Part shown: piece after piece, positions 27,185 to 33,816 of the stretch | Layout of the letters: every line of letters begins with the position of its first letter | How positions within the stretch are numbered: the stretch's first letter is position 1 | NCBI GenBank assembly: GCA_002347655.1 | Contig: DDWR01000020.1 | Coordinates: 76,155-140,154, forward strand | Source of the DNA: Verrucomicrobia bacterium UBA2281 | Lineage (GTDB): Bacteria > Verrucomicrobiota > Kiritimatiellia > CAIQIC01 > Lenti-01 | DNA: 64,000 nt | Direction: 5' to 3' | Notes under the pieces: generated by a model | The model's database searches: none | What the model saw: the letters and a program-made list of their open reading frames with translations, nothing else | Told to the model about the DNA's origin: nothing | Translations under genes and position numbers: made by a program

Positions 27185-29086
27185 ATGATCCATCAATTCA
27201 AGAACCGGAATTTCTACGTCATCCTGGCCGGGGACCTGCTGCTGTTCGCCGCCTCGTTGATCTTGGCCTACGGTCTGCGGTTCTCCCTGGACATTCCGGA
27301 AAAGGACTGGAGCCGCATCCTGTTCCTGTTGCCGTTTTTGCTGCCGGTGAAGACCGTTGTTTTCATGTTGATGGGCGTCTACCGGGGGATGTGGCGCTAT
27401 ACCAGCGTCCCGGACGCCCTCCGACTGGTCAAGGCGTCGGTGCTGGCCACCTTGACCGTGATGACGGCCCTGACGCTGACGCAGCAATTCTACGGCTATT
27501 CCCGCTCCGTGTTCGTGGCGGATTGCATTTTCACGATCTTTTTCTGCGGCGGGTTCCGCTTGGCCATCCGGATCCTGGGCACGAACAAGCGGGCCATGCT
27601 CAAGTTCTGGGACCGGGAGCCGGAGGACAGCCTGCCGGTCCGGCACGTGCGGCTGCTGATCATCGGCGCGGGGGATGCGGCGGCCAGCATCATCCGGGAA
27701 ATCCAGGGCAATCCGCGTTCGTCCTACGACGTGGTGGCCTGCATCGACGACGACCACCACAAGTACGGCCAAACCCTGCTCGAAGTGCCGGTGCGCGGGC
27801 CGATCGACAAGCTGTTGTATTTCGTGAACCGCTTCCAGGCCGACGAAATCCTGATCGCGATGCCGTCGGTGGTGGGCGAGGAAATGCGCCGGATCGTCGG
27901 CGCCTGCAAGGCGGCCGGTTTGCCGTTCAAGACCTTGCCGTCGCTGGGGGCGCTGGTGGACGGCAAAGTGACGGTAAACGACGTCCGCGAAGTGAAGTAC
28001 GAGGACATCCTTGGCCGCCCGCCGGTCCAGATGGACTACGCCGGCATCGGCCAGTATCTCACGGGCAAAACCGTGGCCGTGACCGGGGCCGGCGGCTCCA
28101 TCGGTTCGGAACTGTGCCGGCAGATCCTGCGCTTCAAGCCGGCGGCGCTGGTGCTGATCGAGGCCAACGAATTCAACCTCTACCGGATCGAGCGGGAATT
28201 GCTGGCCGACCGCCACGCAGGCGTGCTGCGCGTCGTGATGGGCCGGGTGCAGGACCGCGCGCTGATGGCGAACGTCTTCGACAAGTACCGGCCGCACGCC
28301 GTGTTCCACGCCGCCGCCTGCAAGCACGTGCCGATGGTGGAAACCAATCCCTGGGAGGGCATCCTCAACAACACGGTCGGCAGCCAGACGCTGATGGACG
28401 TGGCGGAGGAGTACGGCGTCGAGCGGTTCGTGCTGGTGTCGACGGACAAGGCGGTGCGGCCGACGAACGTGATGGGCGCGAGCAAGCGCGCGGCCGAGAT
28501 CGCGCTGCAGGCCCGCGCGCCGGGCAAAACCCGTTTCATGGCGGTGCGGTTCGGCAACGTGCTGGGGTCTTCGGGTTCGGTGATTCCGCTGTTCCGGAAG
28601 CAGATCCAGGCCGGCGGGCCGGTGACGGTGACGCATCCGGAGATGACCCGCTACTTCATGATGATTCCCGAGGCCTGCCAATTGATCCTGCAGGCGGGCG
28701 CAATGGGCGCCGGCGGCGAAATCTTCATTTTGGAGATGGGCACGCCGGTCAAGATCGCCGACATGGCCCGCGACATGATCCGGCTGTCCGGCAAGGTGCC
28801 CGACCAGGACGTCCAGATCGTCTACACGGGCCTGCGTCCGGGCGAAAAGCTCTACGAAGAGTTGATCACGCAGGGCGAAGGCATCGTGGCGACCGCGCAC
28901 GAGAAGATCATGGTGCTCAAGCGGGACGGCCAAGGTGCCGTTGCCGCCGATGCGGACCGGAACGTCCGCGCGCAGATCGACCGTTTGGCGGCGGCGGCGG
29001 CCACCTTCGAGCCGGAACGGATCAAGGCCGCGCTCAAGGAAATCGCGCCCGAATACGCGCCGGCCAATCATTCCGCGCCGGCATGA
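27185..29086 (+). CDS. membrane-bound UDP-N-acetylglucosamine 4,6-dehydratase (PglF/CapD/WbpM-like polysaccharide biosynthesis protein)
   Basis: N-terminal 4 TM segments, then Rossmann GxGxxG (..LLIIGAGDAAAS.. and ..VAVTGAGGSIGSEL..), ..VFHAAACKHVPMVE.., ..VSTDKAVRPTNVMGASKRAAE... 633 aa from ATG 27185. The track ORF extends upstream in-frame to 26957, but that extension overlaps vanZ. Confidence 0.8.
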   Translation: MIHQFKNRNFYVILAGDLLLFAASLILAYGLRFSLDIPEKDWSRILFLLPFLLPVKTVVFMLMGVYRGMWRYTSVPDALRLVKASVLATLTVMTALTLTQQFYGYSRSVFVADCIFTIFFCGGFRLAIRILGTNKRAMLKFWDREPEDSLPVRHVRLLIIGAGDAAASIIREIQGNPRSSYDVVACIDDDHHKYGQTLLEVPVRGPIDKLLYFVNRFQADEILIAMPSVVGEEMRRIVGACKAAGLPFKTLPSLGALVDGKVTVNDVREVKYEDILGRPPVQMDYAGIGQYLTGKTVAVTGAGGSIGSELCRQILRFKPAALVLIEANEFNLYRIERELLADRHAGVLRVVMGRVQDRALMANVFDKYRPHAVFHAAACKHVPMVETNPWEGILNNTVGSQTLMDVAEEYGVERFVLVSTDKAVRPTNVMGASKRAAEIALQARAPGKTRFMAVRFGNVLGSSGSVIPLFRKQIQAGGPVTVTHPEMTRYFMMIPEACQLILQAGAMGAGGEIFILEMGTPVKIADMARDMIRLSGKVPDQDVQIVYTGLRPGEKLYEELITQGEGIVATAHEKIMVLKRDGQGAVAADADRNVRAQIDRLAAAAATFEPERIKAALKEIAPEYAPANHSAPA

Positions 29087-30507
29087 CGCCCGGGAGTTCC
29101 ACGCCGGTTTTCTGGTGCCGGAAGGCGTCGGTATCCGCCTGTCGCGAGGGCGACAACCTCATCCTGTTCGATCCCGACCGCGCCCGCGAAAAAGTCGTCA
29201 ACCGCGCCGGCACCGCCGTCTGGGAAGCCATGGACGGTGCAGCGCGGACGGAGGATCTCGCGGCGGCGCTGGCTCGGCGCTATGAAACCGCGCCGGCGGA
29301 CGATGTCCGCGCCGACGCCCGCGCGTTCGCGGAAGAACTGCTCCGCGACGGATTCGCCGCGGCCGCGCCCGCGCCGCGGCCGGTGCCGCTGCCGGCGGAG
29401 GACTATTCCTGGCTGCGCGAGGCGCCGCGCGCGCTGGATCTCTCCTTGACCGGCCGCTGCAACCTGCGGTGCGCCTATTGCTTCTATGCGGACGAAATGG
29501 TCGGGCGGCGGGATCTGCCGGCGAAACGCTGGCTGGATTTCTTCGCGGAATTGAAACGCCTTGCGGTGCGCAGCCTGACGCTGAGCGGCGGCGAGCTTTT
29601 CATGCGGCCGGATTTGTGGGAACTGCTCGACGGAATCGTCGCGGCGCGCATGCGCTTTTCGATCCTGACCAACGGGACGCTGCTGACGGAAGACGTTCTC
29701 GCGCAACTGGGGCAGGCGCACCGGCGGCGGCGGCTGGACGTGGTCCAGGTGTCGATCGACGGCTCGCGGGCGGAGATCCACGATGCGTCGCGCGGCCAGG
29801 GCAGTTTCGAGAAGGCGCTCCGCGGGCTGCGGCTTTTGAAGGCGGCGGGCATTCCGGCGACGGCCCGCGTGACGGTCAACCGGCACAACGCCGGCGATCT
29901 GGAGAATACGGCGCGGTTGCTGCTGGACGAGATCGGCCTGGCGCGGGTCGGCACGAACGACGCGATGCCGATGGGCACCGGCTGCGCGCGGCGGGAAGAC
30001 ATCGTGCTGTTGCCTGCGCAGCGCCCCGAAGCAATGCGCACGCTGGTCCGGCTCGAGAAACAATATCCCGGCCGCATCACGGCCACGGCCGGTTCGCTGG
30101 CGCTGTGGCACATGTTCCGCGAGATGGAGGAGGCGCGGGCCACGGGACAGAAGACCCGGCGCTGGAGAATGGGTTGCCTGTCGTCCTGCGGGTGCATGTT
30201 CGCGAAGCTGGCGGTGCACCACGACGGCATGATCGTGCCGTGCAACATGCTGGCGGCAGCTGCGCTGGGCTCCATCGGCGAGACGCCGATCCGCTCCATC
30301 TGGCAGGACCATCCGCTGCTGAAGGAAATGCGCGGGCGGGGGCAGATCCCGATGGCCCGGGTGCCGGGCTGCGCGGATTGCGAATGGGCGCCGTATTGCA
30401 GCGGGGGGTGCCCGGCGGCGGAATACACCCGGACGGGCGAAATGAACGTGGCGAATCCGGAGTGCTGCTACCGGCGGTTCCTTGAAGAGTGTGGGGAATT
30501 GCCGTGA
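29083..30507 (+). CDS. radical SAM/SPASM-domain peptide-modifying enzyme with fused N-terminal PqqD-like RRE (RiPP recognition element)
   Basis: ATGA overlap at 29083. N-terminal 90 aa is PqqD-like (..LILFDPDRAREKVVNRAGTAVWEAMDGAARTEDLAAAL..). CxxxCxxC (LTGRCNLRCAYCF). C-terminal SPASM Cys cluster (..CLSSCGCMF..C..CADCEWAPYCSGGC..). Confidence 0.8.
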   Translation: MTPGSSTPVFWCRKASVSACREGDNLILFDPDRAREKVVNRAGTAVWEAMDGAARTEDLAAALARRYETAPADDVRADARAFAEELLRDGFAAAAPAPRPVPLPAEDYSWLREAPRALDLSLTGRCNLRCAYCFYADEMVGRRDLPAKRWLDFFAELKRLAVRSLTLSGGELFMRPDLWELLDGIVAARMRFSILTNGTLLTEDVLAQLGQAHRRRRLDVVQVSIDGSRAEIHDASRGQGSFEKALRGLRLLKAAGIPATARVTVNRHNAGDLENTARLLLDEIGLARVGTNDAMPMGTGCARREDIVLLPAQRPEAMRTLVRLEKQYPGRITATAGSLALWHMFREMEEARATGQKTRRWRMGCLSSCGCMFAKLAVHHDGMIVPCNMLAAAALGSIGETPIRSIWQDHPLLKEMRGRGQIPMARVPGCADCEWAPYCSGGCPAAEYTRTGEMNVANPECCYRRFLEECGELP

Positions 30508-30523
30508 GAGGGAGGGGGGGCAT

Positions 30524-30561
30524 CGAGGTCCGAGGTCGGAGGTCCGAGGTCGGAGGTCCGG
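30524..30561. repeat. tandem heptanucleotide array (SGAGGTC) x5 copies; upstream inverted partner of the array at 31001-31084
   Basis: cgaggtc cgaggtc ggaggtc cgaggtc ggaggtc cgg, read directly. It is the reverse complement of the GACCTCS units downstream of the enclosed gene. Confidence 0.8.
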
Positions 30562-30618
30562 AAGGCAGGGACAAGAGATGCGAGATCCGAAGCCCGCGGG
30601 CAATGAAAAGGAGCGCAA

Positions 30619-31002
30619 GTGAAAATATTTTCGGCGAAGGATTTGGATGCCTATCGGCTGGCGTATTCGCTGGCGATGGAAATTTTCCGGCTGAGCAAAA
30701 AGTGGCCGGCCGAGGAAAAATATTCGCTGACAGATCAAGTGCGCCGCAGTTCGCGTTCGGTGTGTGCCAACATGAGAGAGGCGTGGGCCAAACGAAGATA
30801 TGAAGCCCATTTCATGAGCAAACTGACGGATTGCGACGGCGAAAACAGCGAAACGGACACTTGGCTGGATTTCGCCCGCGATGGCGGATATTTGCCGTCC
30901 GCCGATCATAAACGCCTGACAGCCGACTGCAAACGGGTCGGGGCAATGCTGGGAGGCATGTTGAGAAACCCGGCCCCGTTTTTGAAGGGTGACCCTCCGT
31001 GA
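30619..31002 (+). CDS. four-helix-bundle protein (TIGR02436 / 23S-rRNA-IVS-protein family), second copy
   Basis: GTG start preceded by AAAAGGAG. MKIFSAKDLDAYRLAYSLAMEIFRLSKKWPAEEKYSLTDQVRRSSRSVCANMREAWAKRRYEAHFMSKL.. is a textbook match to the family consensus. Confidence 0.75.
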   Translation: MKIFSAKDLDAYRLAYSLAMEIFRLSKKWPAEEKYSLTDQVRRSSRSVCANMREAWAKRRYEAHFMSKLTDCDGENSETDTWLDFARDGGYLPSADHKRLTADCKRVGAMLGGMLRNPAPFLKGDPP

Positions 31003-31631
31003 CCTCGGACCTCCGACCTCGGACCTCGGACCTCCGACCTCGGACCTCGGACCTCCGACCTCGGACCTCGGACCTCGGACTTCGTTTCGCGCTCCGCGCG
31101 GACGTCGCCATCGAAGATTTCGGCGAGCGGGCGCTGGTGCTGCGATGCGACGCGCTGGAGCTGCGCGAAGTCAACGCCGGCGGCCGGAAGATCCTGGAAC
31201 GGGTTGACGGCAACCGGACGGTGAAGGATATTGCCGGCGATGCGGGAATGGCGGTCGACGTCGTCCGCGACGCGTTGCTGGAGATGGAACGCCAGGGGTT
31301 GGTCCGGCGCGTCGTGGAATTGAGAAAGGAAAGGTTCGGAAATATGAGCGAGGCCCAATATCTGGCCGACCCCGACGTGTCCTTCCGTCCGGAAGACGAC
31401 GACGGAGGCATTCTCTACAACGCGGAAACCGACGTGCTGGAAGTGATCAATCCGACGGCCGCCGAGATCTGGAAGTTCCTCGCGGCGCCGCGCACGCCGG
31501 CCGACGTGGTCGCGCATCTGCTCGGCGTCTGCGACGGCGCGTCCCGGGACCAGGTCGAGCGGGACGTGGAGGCGTTTCTGGAGTCCATGCGGAGCAAGGG
31601 CTTCGTCGGCGTGGTCGCGGAGCCGGCATGA
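30999..31631 (+). CDS. tandem PqqD-like (RRE) domain protein; N-terminal 28 aa encoded by the heptanucleotide repeat. May alternatively be expressed as a separate PqqD unit from the internal ATG at 31344.
   Basis: Single ORF with no in-frame stop. GTG 30999 overlaps the upstream TGA (GTGA). Two PqqD-like halves (..ALVLRCDALELREVNAGGRKILERVDGNRTVKDIAGDAGMAVDVVRDALLEMERQGLV.. and MSEAQYL..GGILYNAETDVLEVINPTAAEIWKFLAAPRTPADVVAHLL..RDVEAFLESMRSKGFV). AGGAAAGG lies 9 nt before the internal ATG 31344. Start choice uncertain. Confidence 0.5.
   Translation: MTSDLRPRTSDLRPRTSDLRPRTSDLGLRFALRADVAIEDFGERALVLRCDALELREVNAGGRKILERVDGNRTVKDIAGDAGMAVDVVRDALLEMERQGLVRRVVELRKERFGNMSEAQYLADPDVSFRPEDDDGGILYNAETDVLEVINPTAAEIWKFLAAPRTPADVVAHLLGVCDGASRDQVERDVEAFLESMRSKGFVGVVAEPA
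31001..31084. repeat. tandem heptanucleotide array (GACCTCS) x12 copies (84 nt), inverted relative to 30524-30561
   Basis: gacctcg gacctcc gacctcg gacctcg gacctcc ... gacttcg, read directly. It is in frame with the ORF 30999..31631 and encodes (TSDLRPR)x4. Confidence 0.85.
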
Positions 31632-32827
31632 CGGATCCGCGCGACTCCTGCGACGGACTGGCCGACCGGCCCGCGGCCGGGCCGGTGGTCGCCATGTCGC
31701 CGGACGTCCCGGCCTTGCGGACGTTCTATCTCTACCTGTCCGCCGGCTGCAACCTGCATTGCCGGCATTGCTGGATCACGCCGACGTTCGTGCATGGGAA
31801 ACCGGTCCCGGCCGAATGCCTGGATTTCGGCTTGTTGAGAAGCGCGGTGGCGGAAGCCAAGCCGCTGGGACTGGCGGCCGCCAAATTGACGGGCGGCGAG
31901 CCGACCCTGCATCCGGAATTCCGGCAGATCGTCGATTTCCTGACGGCGGAGGGCCTGGAACTGTCCATGGAAACCAACGCCACGCTGATCGACCGCGAGT
32001 TGGCGGTGCATCTGGTTTCCAAGACGAACCTGAGGCGGGTCGCCGTGAGTTTGGACAGTTCCGTTCCGGAAGCGCACGACCGTTTCCGGGGGGTAAAGGG
32101 GGCCTTTGCCGCCGCGGTGGCGGGCATCGGGCATTTCGTGGCGGCCGGAATGCGCCCGCAGCTCATCATGTCGGTTTATCGCGGCAATCTGGACCAGATC
32201 GAAGGCTTGATCGAACTGGCGATCCGGCTGGGCGCGGGCGCGGTGAAGTTCAATCCGGTGACGCAGTCGGGCCGCGGCGCGGACCTGCACCGGCAAGGGC
32301 AGGGGCTGGATTTCGACGAGTGGCTGGCGCTGATCCATCGCATCAAAGGGCCGCTTCAAGACCGCTATCCCGCGATGCATCTGGGGGCGATGGTGCCGCC
32401 GGCGATGTCGAGCGCAAAAGAACTCCTGCGCTACGGCGCGGAGGGCGCGGGCTGCCACGTGCGCCACATTCTCGGGATCCTCGGCACGGGCGAAATGGCC
32501 TTGTGCGGCATCGGGCGGAATATTCCCGAGCTTTGCTTCGGCCAATTGGGGAAAGACTCCCTGCGGGAAGTCTGGCTGAACCATCCGACGCTGGTGCAGA
32601 TGCGCAAGGACCTGGAAGGACCTTATCCGGGTATCTGCGGCGATTGCCTGCATGCGGGCCGTTGCATGACCCATTGCCTGGCCCAGAATTTCGAGGCCAA
32701 CGGCAAGCTGGTCTCGCCGTCGCCGCTGTGCGCGGAGGCGGTGCGGCGCGGGGTGTTTCCGCAGAGCCGAAGAAAAACGTGGACAGGGATCAGGGAACAG
32801 GGGACAGGGGACAGCAGAAGACAATGA
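31628..32827 (+). CDS. radical SAM/SPASM-domain protein (second peptide-maturase-type enzyme)
   Basis: ATGA overlap at 31628. CxxxCxxC (..LSAGCNLHCRHCWI..). SPASM-type Cys cluster (..CHVRHIL..LCGIGRN..CGDCLHAGRCMTHC..). 399 aa. Confidence 0.8.
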   Translation: MTDPRDSCDGLADRPAAGPVVAMSPDVPALRTFYLYLSAGCNLHCRHCWITPTFVHGKPVPAECLDFGLLRSAVAEAKPLGLAAAKLTGGEPTLHPEFRQIVDFLTAEGLELSMETNATLIDRELAVHLVSKTNLRRVAVSLDSSVPEAHDRFRGVKGAFAAAVAGIGHFVAAGMRPQLIMSVYRGNLDQIEGLIELAIRLGAGAVKFNPVTQSGRGADLHRQGQGLDFDEWLALIHRIKGPLQDRYPAMHLGAMVPPAMSSAKELLRYGAEGAGCHVRHILGILGTGEMALCGIGRNIPELCFGQLGKDSLREVWLNHPTLVQMRKDLEGPYPGICGDCLHAGRCMTHCLAQNFEANGKLVSPSPLCAEAVRRGVFPQSRRKTWTGIREQGTGDSRRQ

Positions 32828-32857
32828 CACTATTTCCGACAATCTCGGGGCTTTAAA

Positions 32858-33460
32858 GTGTCACCGGTTTCCTGTCACCTGTCTCCTGGGCTCGGTCTTT
32901 TCCTCCACGCTTCCGCAGTGGCGTTGCCGGAGGGGGCGGTGCTGTTTCTCGGCCATTCCACGGCCGGAAAAAGCACGCTGGCGCGGAAAATGGGCGAACA
33001 GGTGCCGGTGCTGGCCGACGATTCCGTGTATGCCGCGCGGGATGCGGAGGGGCTCTGGCGGGTGGTCGACGGGGGCTTTCGCTTTGACCAGGGCTGGGGC
33101 ATGGCCGAATGGATGACCGATGTCCGGCGGCACTTCCAGGAGGGGCGCGGGGTCCCTGTGCGGAAGTGCTTTCGCATCCATCAAGCGCCCGCGGTGCGGA
33201 TCGAGCCGATGCCGCCGGTGCAACTGGGGAAGCACCTGATGGACGCCGCGATGGAAATCGACGTGCAACGGAAATTCGGCAGAATAGCCGCGGATCGACC
33301 GTCGGAACGCAATGTCTGGCAGGAAGTTGTGCAACAAAGGCGGCTTTGGTTCCGGCTGACCGCGGAATTGGCCCGCAGCTGCCCGGGAGGGCACCTTTGG
33401 TTCGCCAAAGAGACGCCGGCAAGTGAAGTGTTGGCGGCGGTCGCCCAGACGCAAGGTTGA
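32858..33460 (+). CDS. HprK-related P-loop kinase (HPr kinase C-terminal-domain-like)
   Basis: Walker A GHSTAGKST (..AVLFLGHSTAGKSTLARKMGE..), about 200 aa, which is the size of the HprK C-domain. GTG start 31 nt after the rSAM stop. Confidence 0.55.
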   Translation: MSPVSCHLSPGLGLFLHASAVALPEGAVLFLGHSTAGKSTLARKMGEQVPVLADDSVYAARDAEGLWRVVDGGFRFDQGWGMAEWMTDVRRHFQEGRGVPVRKCFRIHQAPAVRIEPMPPVQLGKHLMDAAMEIDVQRKFGRIAADRPSERNVWQEVVQQRRLWFRLTAELARSCPGGHLWFAKETPASEVLAAVAQTQG

Positions 33461-33816
33461 GGCGGTTTTTCCAAAAAATCGCAACAAATGACCTGTTCGG
33501 GGCTGAAAACGGCTCCATTCGGCTCTGAAAAGCTCTCCAACGGCGGAAATTTCATCGAAAACGGATCAATTTTCGTTCTGCGCGCCCAAAATTAGCGGAA
33601 AGAGCCCTCTTGCGCGCCTCTGTTAAGCTGAAATTGCAGAAAACTCCTTAAAAATCGCCCTAAAACGGCCCAAAGGGCCCGAAGTCTTAATCAAAACCAC
33701 ACACGAATATAATCTATATTTAATTGTGCATGATTTGCGCACATTCCTGTGGGAGAATATGATGTCGTTATCAATTGAAGAGAGTTTCGCCGTCTGCAAC
33801 AGGTTGCGCGGAAAGA
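33461..33816 (+). promoter_or_regulatory. unusually AT-rich 350-bp intergenic region; putative promoter/regulatory region of the giant gene
   Basis: Abrupt drop in GC (ttccaaaaaatcgcaacaaatg.., ..aatataatctatatttaattgtgcatgatttgcgcaca..). Contains direct repeats gctgaaaacggctcc / ctctgaaaagctctcc and an imperfect palindrome tgtgcatgatttgcgcaca just upstream of the start. Confidence 0.3.

Noticed and set aside
30524-31084. CRISPR array
   Set aside because: The arrays are perfect tandem 7-nt units without spacers, present as two inverted blocks flanking a gene. No cas genes are present.
32824-32856. 10-codon mini-ORF (MTLFPTISGL) whose ATG overlaps the stop of the second rSAM gene (ATGA) and ends 1 nt before the HprK-like GTG start. 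Considered as a tiny precursor peptide.
   Set aside because: It is too short, has no Cys or other obvious modification sites, and has no leader. It is more likely a coupling or leader ORF that happens to be open. The Cys-rich ORF at 44492 is the much better precursor candidate.
29083-33460. Lasso-peptide, mycofactocin or PQQ gene cluster
   Set aside because: PqqD-like, HprK-like and NTP_transf_5 genes occur in lasso clusters, but there is no Asn-synthetase-like lasso cyclase and no transglutaminase-like B2 protease. No PqqA/PqqB/PqqC or MftA/D/E/F equivalents are present. Two rSAM/SPASM enzymes are present instead.
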